Shown here: positions 37,216 to 46,127 of the stretch, piece by piece
Numbering within the stretch: the first letter of the stretch is position 1
How the letters are laid out: the number at the start of each line of letters is the position of its first letter
Source: a virus
Taxonomy: Duplodnaviria; Heunggongvirae; Uroviricota; Caudoviricetes
Direction: 5' to 3' (one strand)
Length of the DNA stretch: 64,000 nucleotides
Virus record (IMG/VR): IMGVR_UViG_3300031418_000001
The notes under the pieces: generated by a model
Seen by the model: the letters and a program-made list of their open reading frames with translations, nothing else
Databases searched by the model: none
Told to the model about the DNA's origin: nothing
Made by a program: the position numbers and the translations under genes

Positions 37216-38654
37216 GTGTTTATAAAATCCTACAAGAGTTAAAAAGTACTTCCAAAACTAACGAAAAAAAGAAGATTCTTGAAAATAATAAGAGTAATGA
37301 ACTTCTTCAGCGTGTAGTAAAAATGGCGTTACATCCACAATTGCAATCTGGAATCAAAAAGATCCCACAGGATGCGTTTTTCAACCGTAATGATAATCCT
37401 TCATTGACTCTTGATGAAGCATTAGATACAATGGAACTCTTTTATAAGTCCGAGCTAACAGGCAATGCTGCACGAAATAAACTGGAGCAAATGCTTAATG
37501 ATTTAAGTACTGAAGATGCTCTTGTTCTTGAGCGTGTGGTACTTAAAGATCTGGACTGTGGAATTCAAGAAAAGAATGCTAATGCAGTATTCGGAAAGAA
37601 CTTTATTCCAGAACAACCATACATGCGTTGTTCACTTGTTAATCTAAAAACAATCCAGAATATTACTTCCCTTGAAAATCCATCGTACATGTCAGCCGTC
37701 TCGGAAGTTAAGATGGATGGTCAGTACTTAGATCATGTTATTACTGGTGAAAAGTATGTAAGTACTTCACGTAACGGTAAAGTATATGATTTCATGGGTC
37801 TTAAAGATGAAGAAGCATTCCGTCTTGCTGCTAAAATTGAAGAACTTGATCCTCGTTGTAAAGATATTGGCGTAGCACTAAATGGTGAAGCAGTAGCAGT
37901 AGACAAACACGGTAAGTTCCTTTCTCGTGAAACAAGTAACGGTATTGTGCAGAAAGCAGGTAAAGATACAATGTCTGCTGAAGAAGCTGAACAAGTAGTA
38001 TTTGTACTGTGGGATTACCTACCGTTTGATAAGTTCCAGGAAGGCGAATGGAAAGAAGTTCGTGCCAATCGTCGTAAAATACTTGAACAAGCTATCAAGG
38101 AAAGTGGTGTTACATCTTTCCGTATGGTTGAATACAAGGTAGTTTACTCAATTGATGAAGCATTTGATTGGAACGCTGAACTTATTGAACGTGGTGAAGA
38201 GGGTTCAGTACTTAAGTGTGAAGAAGGTATCTGGAAAGCACATACTTCTCCAAAACAACTTAAGATGAAACTTGAAATGGATGTTGATCTGCGTATTGTA
38301 GATTTCAACTTAGGTGACAGTGACGGTAAATTCTCAAGTACATTAGGATCTATTTTCGCCGCGTCTGAAGATGAACTGATTAAAGTTAATGTTAGCGGAT
38401 TTAAAGAGAAGGATGATCCGTGGACTCGTGATATTATTTGGGATAAGAAAGAAGAACTTCGTAATGGTATCATGACTGTAGTCACTACTGGTCTTACTAA
38501 AGATAAACGTACTGGTCAGTTAAGTTTATTTCTTCCACGATATAAAGAATTCCGCTTTGATAAAAATACAGCAGATACTTATGAACGTATTCTTGAAATC
38601 CGTGAATCGAGTATCAAAGTACTAAAAGAGAAATTCAAATCTAAGAAGCGTTAA
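37212..38654 (+). CDS. lig: ATP-dependent DNA ligase (T4 gp30-like)
   Basis: Motif I EVKMDG, LNGE, LWDYLP, EEGSVLK, LKMK, SLFLPRY. Confidence 0.93.
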   Translation: MSVYKILQELKSTSKTNEKKKILENNKSNELLQRVVKMALHPQLQSGIKKIPQDAFFNRNDNPSLTLDEALDTMELFYKSELTGNAARNKLEQMLNDLSTEDALVLERVVLKDLDCGIQEKNANAVFGKNFIPEQPYMRCSLVNLKTIQNITSLENPSYMSAVSEVKMDGQYLDHVITGEKYVSTSRNGKVYDFMGLKDEEAFRLAAKIEELDPRCKDIGVALNGEAVAVDKHGKFLSRETSNGIVQKAGKDTMSAEEAEQVVFVLWDYLPFDKFQEGEWKEVRANRRKILEQAIKESGVTSFRMVEYKVVYSIDEAFDWNAELIERGEEGSVLKCEEGIWKAHTSPKQLKMKLEMDVDLRIVDFNLGDSDGKFSSTLGSIFAASEDELIKVNVSGFKEKDDPWTRDIIWDKKEELRNGIMTVVTTGLTKDKRTGQLSLFLPRYKEFRFDKNTADTYERILEIRESSIKVLKEKFKSKKR

Positions 38655-38661
38655 TAATATT

Positions 38662-38685
38662 AGGGGATACTTTATCCCCTCTTTT
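38662..38685 (+). terminator. Intrinsic terminator
   Basis: AGGGGATA-CTT-TATCCCCT-CTTTT. Confidence 0.8.
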
Positions 38686-38701
38686 AATGGAATAATATAT
38701 T

Positions 38702-38995
38702 ATGAATATGATTTTCAACCAAACGGATTTTATGGTTATAGTACTTAAAGACAGGTTGATTATAGATCCGCACTTTAATACATATGATGCACAGACAAAA
38801 TACAGAAATGCACCTATAATAACCTTTCATGGTCGTGATCGTCTGGTATTCAAGCAGTTCCTGATGGACAAGAAATATTCAAATTTACCAGTACAATTCA
38901 AGGATTATGATTTTAATATTATGCCATGCAAATCTATGGTAAATGTTATTCTTAATATATTAGAACTATGTCAGGAGTTAATAGGTAATGATTAA
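38702..38995 (+). CDS. Hypothetical protein
   Basis: 97-aa ORF. Confidence 0.65.
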   Translation: MNMIFNQTDFMVIVLKDRLIIDPHFNTYDAQTKYRNAPIITFHGRDRLVFKQFLMDKKYSNLPVQFKDYDFNIMPCKSMVNVILNILELCQELIGND

Positions 38996-39374
38996 GTTGC
39001 TTTACATTTTTAATGGGTTCGGTGCATCTGAAATGGTATTAGCTGACTCAAATAGAGCTGGACAGCCTGGTAATGGACATACAAGATTTTTATACTCAGC
39101 GGAGAGTGTTTATTCTTTTGAGAATGAAGTTTTTAAAGAAGCAATAAAGTACCGAATGGGGAATCGTAATGAGATTACATTCAAATACAGAGGAACATCA
39201 TTAGAAGATTTTTTGAATATGAATAGTCTTTTATATATATCTTTCTTTGTTGGAGGTGAAATCTGGAGATTAGGTCGTTATTCAAAACCCTATGTAGTAA
39301 TCAAATCTTTAGATGAATATTACTCTTCTTTACATAAACATGAATGTATGATGAATGCGAGTACCGTAATATGA
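38988..39374 (+). CDS. Hypothetical protein
   Basis: 128-aa ORF, AGGAG SD. Confidence 0.65.
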   Translation: MIKLLYIFNGFGASEMVLADSNRAGQPGNGHTRFLYSAESVYSFENEVFKEAIKYRMGNRNEITFKYRGTSLEDFLNMNSLLYISFFVGGEIWRLGRYSKPYVVIKSLDEYYSSLHKHECMMNASTVI

Positions 39375-40168
39375 AATTTTGTTTACAATCTGACCTGCAT
39401 GGTAATTTCTCTCATATTCAGGCACCTGAAGATCCTGATACTTACCTGATCCTCAGTGGTGATGTTGATGAAGTTAAACGTGAGAATCGTCACCGCTCCA
39501 TTATCAAACATTGTACCGAAAGATTTAAGGGTGTTTTCTATCTACCTGGAAATCATGAGTACTACAGTTCTAATATTCATAAAGTAAATGAAACCCTTTA
39601 TGAAATGAATAATGAATTTGATAATCTATATGTACTTCTTAATACAAGCTATTTCTTTGAAGAAGAAAATGTATTGATTGCTGGCAGTACTTTGTGGAGC
39701 AATTTCAATAATCGTAGTCCAATAATTATGTTTGATGCACAGAATGGAATGAACGATTATAAGTACATTCGACATGGAAGTACTTTTGAACCTTGGAAAA
39801 GAAAGCTGCGTCCTGACGATACTGCTAACTTCCATGATCAAACTGTTCAGTTTCTGAAGAATGAAGTACCTAAGTTTCGTAATGAACACCCTGATATGAA
39901 AGTGCTTATTGCCACCCATCATGCTCCGAGTACTAAAAGTATTCATCCTCGTTTTGATGGTGATAATTTGAACTATGCGTATTGTACTGATTTGAATGGT
40001 CTGATTCAGGAACTTGATGCTAATGTGTGGGTTCATGGACATATGCATGATTCATTTGATTATCAGGAACATAATACACGCATAATCTGTAACCCACATG
40101 GATACATGCATCCAAATGGGGTACTTGAGAACCCTAATTTCGATCCTAATTTTATTTTTGAGGTTTAA
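39371..40168 (+). CDS. Calcineurin-like metallophosphoesterase
   Basis: SDLH, GD, PGNHEYY, THHAP, WVHGHMH, CNPHGY. Confidence 0.92.
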   Translation: MKFCLQSDLHGNFSHIQAPEDPDTYLILSGDVDEVKRENRHRSIIKHCTERFKGVFYLPGNHEYYSSNIHKVNETLYEMNNEFDNLYVLLNTSYFFEEENVLIAGSTLWSNFNNRSPIIMFDAQNGMNDYKYIRHGSTFEPWKRKLRPDDTANFHDQTVQFLKNEVPKFRNEHPDMKVLIATHHAPSTKSIHPRFDGDNLNYAYCTDLNGLIQELDANVWVHGHMHDSFDYQEHNTRIICNPHGYMHPNGVLENPNFDPNFIFEV

Positions 40169-40170
40169 TA

Positions 40171-40551
40171 ATGTTATCTAAAGTAAAAGATATTTTTAAA
40201 AGCGTACTTAATAATACTTCTACTATTACCGTAAATGGTAAGAAGTATACTGGTTCTAAAACCGTAGTAATTTCTTCAGATAATGTAAAACATCAGGTAA
40301 TTATTGATGGAAGTATTGTAAGCACCGAAGAAGGTGTTGTACTTAATGTTCATATTGAAGGATCATGCTCTGATGTAGAAACTAAAAACGGTAACATTAC
40401 TATAAATGGTGATGTTAAGGATATTACTACTACCAACGGTGATGTTAATATTACTGGAAATAGTGGTAATGTACAAACCGTAAACGGTGATGTTCGTGCA
40501 CGTAATATCAATGGAAAAGTTAACACTGTAAACGGTGACATTACCATTTAA
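40171..40551 (+). CDS. Hypothetical protein with T-x-NGD-V beta repeats (DUF4097-like)
   Basis: TKNGNI, TTNGDV, TVNGDV, TVNGDI repeats. Confidence 0.7.
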   Translation: MLSKVKDIFKSVLNNTSTITVNGKKYTGSKTVVISSDNVKHQVIIDGSIVSTEEGVVLNVHIEGSCSDVETKNGNITINGDVKDITTTNGDVNITGNSGNVQTVNGDVRARNINGKVNTVNGDITI

Positions 40552-40557
40552 AATCGG

Positions 40558-40586
40558 TGAAACGAAAAAGATTTATGACCTATACT
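40558..40586 (+). promoter_or_regulatory. TGAAAC-N17-TATACT promoter (copy 4)
   Basis: TGAAAC 40558-40563, ATGACC-TATACT 40581-40586. Confidence 0.75.
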
Positions 40587-40623
40587 ACGATTGTAAACAG
40601 TCTAATAAAATAAGGATTTACAC

Positions 40624-41268
40624 ATGAGTTACATGCCATTTGTTATTGAAAAAACTGCTGACGGTGAACGTTCATATGATCTTGCATCAGCACTTTTAAA
40701 AAACCGCATTATCCTGATTGATGGTGGTGTTGATACTAATCTGGCACACGTTGTCTGTGCTCAACTACTTCACCTTGAATCACAGAGTTCAGAAGACATT
40801 GTAATGTACATTAACTCTCCAGGTGGTTCGGTACATGATGGTCTTAAAATTGCTGACATGATGGACTTTGTACGTTGTGATGTACAAACAATCTGCTCCG
40901 GTATGGGTGCTTCAATGGGCTGTTATTTGACAGCTAAAGGTACTCCAGGTAAACGTTTTATGACCAAGAGTGCATCTTTGATGGCTCACCAGGTATCTGC
41001 TGGTCAACAGGGCCACATTGCTGATATGCGAGCTTCTTTTGCACATACTGAATTCCTGAACAATAAACTGATGGGCGATCTTGCTCGTATTGTTGGAATG
41101 GATTTTGATAAGTTCATGCAGGACTGTAACCGTGATTTCTGGATGACTTCAGAAGAAGCACGTGATTATGGTAAAAACGGTTTCATTGATGCTGTTATTC
41201 TCGGTAAAGATGCTGGTACTGGTGAAATGATTATTGAACGTCGCGGTGGTAAAGAAGAACGAGTATGA
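40624..41268 (+). CDS. clpP: ClpP protease proteolytic subunit
   Basis: MPFVIE..GERSYDL, YINSPGGSV, catalytic GASMG (Ser), HQV (His), RDFWM (Asp). Confidence 0.93.
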   Translation: MSYMPFVIEKTADGERSYDLASALLKNRIILIDGGVDTNLAHVVCAQLLHLESQSSEDIVMYINSPGGSVHDGLKIADMMDFVRCDVQTICSGMGASMGCYLTAKGTPGKRFMTKSASLMAHQVSAGQQGHIADMRASFAHTEFLNNKLMGDLARIVGMDFDKFMQDCNRDFWMTSEEARDYGKNGFIDAVILGKDAGTGEMIIERRGGKEERV

Positions 41269-41546
41269 GTAAATTAGTTCGTGATAATGTTCAAGGTGTA
41301 GAAGCTATTGAACTCTCTGGAAAAAGTATGAGTACTGTAGTACTGGATAATATTATCAGCACTGCAAATCAAATTAAAGAAAGAACGCAGACTGAAGATG
41401 TATTGTTAGACGTTGCTGATATTCTTGAATTATTGAATGTATTTCTCATTACAGAAAATATTACTCCCCAAGATGCTCTTTCTAAAGCAGTAGAAGTTCG
41501 TAATACACTTGGGTCATATACTAAAAAACTTATCATCAAGGAATAA
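41265..41546 (+). CDS. MazG-like / PRA-PH-like NTP pyrophosphohydrolase (degenerate)
   Basis: N-terminal KLVRD, D-x-ADILELL, K...GSYTK. Confidence 0.5.
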   Translation: MSKLVRDNVQGVEAIELSGKSMSTVVLDNIISTANQIKERTQTEDVLLDVADILELLNVFLITENITPQDALSKAVEVRNTLGSYTKKLIIKE

Positions 41547-41548
41547 TC

Positions 41549-41992
41549 ATGGCAAACGTCGATCAATATAAACTTGGTTACGAAGAATTTAAAACTAAAC
41601 CAAATCATGGAATGGAATACATTAAACAGCAACATCCTTTGTGGCGTTCTGGTTATCGTAAAGCACAGCAAGATTATTCTAAGCAGAATAATTTAGTACT
41701 TCCTAATAAACTGTACGCAGTTGAAATTCGTCAACATGTTTATAGTCCAACGTGGAATGATATTATGGCTGCAACACGCCGTCCACGTTATCAAAAACTA
41801 CATTCAGACGTAATGCGTCCATTGCTGTATGCTCTTATCAAAGCAGTAGAAGACCGTAAAGAAACTCTAACTTCATACTCACATGTTGTAAGTGAAGTAG
41901 ACCGAGCATTCGATGTTCTTCTGCAAGTTGGTTATGAAAGTGGTATTCTTAATCAAAAAGATTTAGCACAATACGACTACGAAGCGAAATAA
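41549..41992 (+). CDS. Hypothetical protein
   Basis: 147-aa ORF, AAGGA SD. Confidence 0.75.
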   Translation: MANVDQYKLGYEEFKTKPNHGMEYIKQQHPLWRSGYRKAQQDYSKQNNLVLPNKLYAVEIRQHVYSPTWNDIMAATRRPRYQKLHSDVMRPLLYALIKAVEDRKETLTSYSHVVSEVDRAFDVLLQVGYESGILNQKDLAQYDYEAK

Positions 41993-42003
41993 ATCTTTTC
42001 ATT

Positions 42004-42030
42004 AGGCCAGAATTTGTTCTGGCCTTTTTT
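42004..42030 (+). terminator. Intrinsic terminator
   Basis: AGGCCAGAA-TTTG-TTCTGGCCT-TTTTT. Confidence 0.85.
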
Positions 42031-42048
42031 ATATATAAGGATTATGTT

Positions 42049-42552
42049 ATGAATTTTGGTACATGGACTCAGCAAGAAATTAAAAAAGTACTAACTAAGA
42101 TTGAACATCATTACACTGTTCATGAAAATTTAAAAAATGAATGTATTAAGTTATCGGATGACTTGTATAAAAAATATCTTATTAACCATGAAAGCAAAAG
42201 TTCTTTCTTCAGGATTATTACAAGTAAAGTACTTTCTAAAGAGGATTTTTTTGACAGGACTTGTGCATATAATATTGAAGGTGTAAGAGTCCATCGTGGT
42301 AATGAATACATCAAGAAGCACGATGTTTCATATAATGATGCTGAATTAAAAGTTTTACATGCTTTCCTTGAAGGTTACTTTAAGTACGATCTTAATAAAG
42401 AAATAAGAAAACTGAAAGAGAGATTGACTTATTGCGTTGGTGGTGATATATCTGATGACGAAATCTATTTGCTGTGCGATATGGATAACTTAACCGCAAG
42501 CTATCAAAATGCACTCAACCTCACGAATTTTAAATCTGAAGAATTGGCCTGA
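42049..42552 (+). CDS. Hypothetical protein
   Basis: 167-aa ORF; weakly similar in layout to the next ORF. Confidence 0.7.
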   Translation: MNFGTWTQQEIKKVLTKIEHHYTVHENLKNECIKLSDDLYKKYLINHESKSSFFRIITSKVLSKEDFFDRTCAYNIEGVRVHRGNEYIKKHDVSYNDAELKVLHAFLEGYFKYDLNKEIRKLKERLTYCVGGDISDDEIYLLCDMDNLTASYQNALNLTNFKSEELA

Positions 42553-42554
42553 AT

Positions 42555-43070
42555 ATGAAATTTAAAGTACTTACAGAAAAAGAATCGAGTGATCTTATTG
42601 CAACATATTATACATTGCGGGATTTGATTGATGAAATTCATACTGAAGCAGTTTCAATCCTTGAAAGAAAATATCAGGAATATGTACTTAATTTTAATCC
42701 AAAGGTGTTTTGGTTCTTTACAAGAACTCAGCTAACGTTTGATGAGTTCATATCCGGTATTGATGGAATTGGTCATGTTGGTATTGAGGAATATAATGGC
42801 AAAAAATACCTTCAGGATTCATGTTTCTACACACCTAAAAGTATCAATAACGTACTTAAACTTTCTGATTTAGAATATAAACTTGTTGAAACTGCATGTA
42901 TTAATGGTTTAAACATATATAAAAATCATAACAAATATATTAATAGACTTGTGCGATACGCTGCAAAGCCATTAGAGCTTGAAAGTGTTGATTTCGATAA
43001 CTTCGATAAGTATAAATTATGGAGTAAAGAAATTAAAGAAGCACTGGATAATTATAAACAAGTACCATAA
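42555..43070 (+). CDS. Hypothetical protein
   Basis: 171-aa ORF. Confidence 0.7.
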   Translation: MKFKVLTEKESSDLIATYYTLRDLIDEIHTEAVSILERKYQEYVLNFNPKVFWFFTRTQLTFDEFISGIDGIGHVGIEEYNGKKYLQDSCFYTPKSINNVLKLSDLEYKLVETACINGLNIYKNHNKYINRLVRYAAKPLELESVDFDNFDKYKLWSKEIKEALDNYKQVP

Positions 43071-43078
43071 GGATATGT

Positions 43079-43561
43079 ATGAAACACGAAACATGGATGG
43101 GAATTGCAAAGTTAATTGCAGAAAATGAAAGTAAATGTATTTCACATAAAGTTGGTGCGGTTATCGTAAAAGATGATCGTATAGTCAGTACCGGATATAA
43201 TGGAACTCCAACAAAGCAACCTAACTGCTGTGATGTGAATAACCATTTAGTACACAATGGAGAGTTTCAAAATTATATTTCAGAAGATGCAAAGGTTGAG
43301 CATCATGAATGGAGTATAAAGAACGAACTTCATGCAGAACATAATGCGATTATGTTTGCAAGTCCAGAAGATCGTAAAGGAAGTACTTTGTACTGTACCT
43401 TACAGCCCTGTCAACAATGCTCAGTTCTAATTGCTGGTTCTGGTATTAAGACTATTATCTATGAGAAAGAATATCCACGTACACCATTAGATTCATATGT
43501 GGTACTTATACGTGCAGGTATTGAAGTATATAAACTTTCAGATCTAAAAAAGGAGCCATAA
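43079..43561 (+). CDS. cd: dCMP deaminase
   Basis: KVGAVIV..STGYNG, HAEHNAI, PCQQC zinc motifs. Confidence 0.93.
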   Translation: MKHETWMGIAKLIAENESKCISHKVGAVIVKDDRIVSTGYNGTPTKQPNCCDVNNHLVHNGEFQNYISEDAKVEHHEWSIKNELHAEHNAIMFASPEDRKGSTLYCTLQPCQQCSVLIAGSGIKTIIYEKEYPRTPLDSYVVLIRAGIEVYKLSDLKKEP

Positions 43562-43572
43562 GGCTCCTTTTT
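43546..43572. terminator. Bidirectional intrinsic terminator between convergent genes
   Basis: AAAAAGGAGCC-ATAA-GGCTCCTTTTT. Confidence 0.85.
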
Positions 43573-43573
43573 A

Positions 43574-44227
43574 TTATGGTGCAGGTGCAGCAGTTACAGT
43601 TACAACAGTAGTATCTGTTTTAGAACCATCAGCAGTAGTTACTGTGATTGTTGCAGAACCAGCACTTACAGCGGTTACAAGACCAGTTGAACTTACTGTT
43701 GCGTTTGCACTTGAAGAACTAAAAGATACTACTTTATTAGTTGCATTAGCAGGAAGTACTTCAAATGTAAGTTGTGAAGTTCCACCAACAACAAGTGATA
43801 GAGTACTTGGAGTTAATGACACGGAATCAACTTTAACCTGACCATCAGTACCTTTACTGTAATCCATATCAAATACAGATTCACCATCAGAAACAATGAC
43901 TTTCTTAAGTTGGAAACGAACAACGAAACCACGTTGAACGCCCGCAGTGTTCACTGCACGTACAAAGAAAGTTCCTGGTGCAAGTGAATCAGCAAGGTCT
44001 GCATCTTCACCAGCAACATCAAGTTCTTTACCATCTTGGTCTTTAGAAGTAATTGATAGTTTTTGATGTACAGTACCAGCATCTAATAGGTCGAATACAA
44101 GTACAGAACGTTGTTTACTAATGCGAATATCAGTCAGTACAGTACCATCTTGTAGTTTTGCACCAGCAACTACAATACCTTCTGCACCATATGGAAACTT
44201 ATCTCGTCCAGCTATTGGTTTACCCAT
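43574..44227 (-). CDS. Probable virion protein with a C-terminal Ig-like (Big_2) domain
   Basis: VSLTPSTLSL.VG.T.QL...P.NATNK.V.FSSS...ATVS..G.VTAV..G.ATITVTT; AAGGAG SD before ATG 44227; only credible minus-strand gene. Confidence 0.85.
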   Translation of the reverse strand: MGKPIAGRDKFPYGAEGIVVAGAKLQDGTVLTDIRISKQRSVLVFDLLDAGTVHQKLSITSKDQDGKELDVAGEDADLADSLAPGTFFVRAVNTAGVQRGFVVRFQLKKVIVSDGESVFDMDYSKGTDGQVKVDSVSLTPSTLSLVVGGTSQLTFEVLPANATNKVVSFSSSSANATVSSTGLVTAVSAGSATITVTTADGSKTDTTVVTVTAAPAP

Positions 44228-44272
44228 TTTTATCTCCTTAAAGAGTATATTACTCAAATATATTTGTTATAG

Positions 44273-44280
44273 TATTTATT
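44273..44280 (-). promoter_or_regulatory. Possible T4-type late promoter
   Basis: Minus strand AATAAATA(CTAT), 7/8 match to TATAAATA, about 46 nt upstream of the Ig gene. Confidence 0.4.
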
Positions 44281-44332
44281 TTGGTATTGAAGTTAAAGGC
44301 CAATAAAATATTTATCAGGGGATAAAAATAGG

Positions 44333-44361
44333 TGAAACGAAAATGATTTATGACCTATACT
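44333..44361 (+). promoter_or_regulatory. TGAAAC-N17-TATACT promoter (copy 5)
   Basis: TGAAAC 44333-44338, ATGACC-TATACT 44356-44361. Confidence 0.75.
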
Positions 44362-44373
44362 AAAATTATCAAG

Positions 44374-44415
44374 GTAGCGTTGTAGCTATCAATCAAAACA
44401 CTAAGGGAGTCTTAG
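44374..44415 (+). promoter_or_regulatory. Shared NAD-gene leader, copy 1
   Basis: GTAGCGTTGTAGCTA-N12-CTAAGGGAGTCTTAG, ATG at 44417. Confidence 0.8.
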
Positions 44416-44416
44416 A

Positions 44417-45547
44417 ATGTCAAAAGAAAAAGTTCATGTATATATCGGTCGTTTCCAAATCCCACATGTTGGACACGAAGCCACAATTAAAAACGCACTT
44501 GAAAAATCGGATCGTCTGGTTCTTCTGGTTGGTTCATCTGACCTGGCACGTGACCCAAAAAATCCGTTCACCTTTGATGAGCGTTTTAAAGTACTGGATG
44601 CAATCTGCGACCGTCTTTCTAAAGAAGAATGGGCGAAAGGTCGCAAAGTAAAATATAACATCAAACCAGTACATGATTATGTTTATAACAATACCAAATG
44701 GTTGAAAGAAGTACAATCACGTGTACTTGAATGTACTAACAGTACTGATATTACGATCACTGGTTGTCGTAAAGATAAAGATGAAAGTACTTTTTATCTG
44801 AACTTCTTCCCACAGTGGAAGCAAGATTTCATCAGTGAGCAAAAAGTATCTGAAGATCTTGATGTAGTAATCGACCATAAAGATTACACCGAACATCATA
44901 CACGAACCGTACTTAAAACAATCAACAGTACTGATGTGCGAAATGAATTCTTTACTAAAGGTACTGTAACTTCAAGTACTATTTGTGAAGAAACAAAAGA
45001 ATTCCTTGAGAAATTCATTCTTACAAAGAAAGAAGTATACGATACTTTAGTTAAAGAACATAAGTTCGTTGTTGATTATCGTGCTGATATGAATGCTAAA
45101 CTGCCATACAATTCCATCCCGTTCTTTACTGGCGATGCACTGGTGGTTTGCTCCGGTCACGTACTTCTGGTTAAACGCCGTACCTTCCCTGGCAAGGGTC
45201 TGTGGGCCTTACCTGGCGGGTTCTTTGACAAAGACAAAGATCTTACTCAACTTGATACAGCCATCCGTGAATTACAGGAAGAAACAAAAATTAAAGTTCC
45301 TGAGAAAGTACTTCGCGGGTCAGTAGTTAAAGTTGATGAATTTGGTGATTTTAACCGTTCACTCCGCTGGCGTATCATTACTCGCTGTGTGCATATTAAG
45401 TTACAAGATACTGAACTTCCTAAAGTGAAAGGTTCTGATGATGCTGAAAAAGCAATGTGGGTTCCTTTCAGTGAAATTATCGCAAACCGTGATATGTTCT
45501 TTGAAGATCATTTCAGTATCATTGATTGTTTCTTAGGCTTAGCATAA
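44417..45547 (+). CDS. nadM: Bifunctional NMN adenylyltransferase / Nudix hydrolase (NadM-Nudix, NatV-like)
   Basis: IGRFQIPHVGH, KNPF, NST.VR, Nudix box ALPGGF..D...A.RELQEETK, DDAEKA.W. Confidence 0.92.
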   Translation: MSKEKVHVYIGRFQIPHVGHEATIKNALEKSDRLVLLVGSSDLARDPKNPFTFDERFKVLDAICDRLSKEEWAKGRKVKYNIKPVHDYVYNNTKWLKEVQSRVLECTNSTDITITGCRKDKDESTFYLNFFPQWKQDFISEQKVSEDLDVVIDHKDYTEHHTRTVLKTINSTDVRNEFFTKGTVTSSTICEETKEFLEKFILTKKEVYDTLVKEHKFVVDYRADMNAKLPYNSIPFFTGDALVVCSGHVLLVKRRTFPGKGLWALPGGFFDKDKDLTQLDTAIRELQEETKIKVPEKVLRGSVVKVDEFGDFNRSLRWRIITRCVHIKLQDTELPKVKGSDDAEKAMWVPFSEIIANRDMFFEDHFSIIDCFLGLA

Positions 45548-45582
45548 GGAAATATTGGGTACGTTAAGTACCCAATTAAGAT

Positions 45583-46074
45583 ATGAATATACTCTGTCCA
45601 GATTTAGAACTTATTAAAATCCTTACTGAAGCAAATAAAGATAATAAAGAAGTAAGCGTAAATTATATACATGCACCAGATTATAAAAACTACAATCATG
45701 TAGATTATATTATGGAATGTGCATCAGTAATGCAAAAGTACGATTATGGAAAATTTGTTTTTTGCTTCAGATTTTATGCAGTAGCTTCATCTGAATGGAA
45801 GTACCAAGATGTATTAGCCAGTAACTATACTGACTTCGATGAAGTACTTCTATATGTAATGTACAGTGATGAAGATATAGTTGTTGGTAAAAACGCATTG
45901 CCATGTCAAGTAATTGACAACAAAAAACAATATGAGGTTTGGGATTTTGATTTGATGTGTCATGTATCTGACCCATTAGACTCAGAGATTATTGGTTCAT
46001 ATGCGTATAACAAGTTTGTATTCCATGAACCTCTTTATATTATCCCAATTCAACTTGTACCTAATATGGCATAA
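45583..46074 (+). CDS. Hypothetical protein between the two NAD salvage genes
   Basis: 163-aa ORF preceded by hairpin ATTGGGTAC-GTTAA-GTACCCAAT. Confidence 0.7.
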   Translation: MNILCPDLELIKILTEANKDNKEVSVNYIHAPDYKNYNHVDYIMECASVMQKYDYGKFVFCFRFYAVASSEWKYQDVLASNYTDFDEVLLYVMYSDEDIVVGKNALPCQVIDNKKQYEVWDFDLMCHVSDPLDSEIIGSYAYNKFVFHEPLYIIPIQLVPNMA

Positions 46075-46084
46075 GCCAGAAACT

Positions 46085-46125
46085 GTAGCGTTGTAGCTAC
46101 TTTATAATTACTAAGGGAGTCTTAG
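46085..46125 (+). promoter_or_regulatory. Shared NAD-gene leader, copy 2
   Basis: GTAGCGTTGTAGCTA-N11-CTAAGGGAGTCTTAG, ATG at 46128. Confidence 0.8.
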
Positions 46126-46127
46126 AT

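Noticed and set aside
40380-40545. AACGGTGA-type DNA repeats as a regulatory array
   Set aside because: Fully explained by the protein-level T-x-NGD-V repeat.
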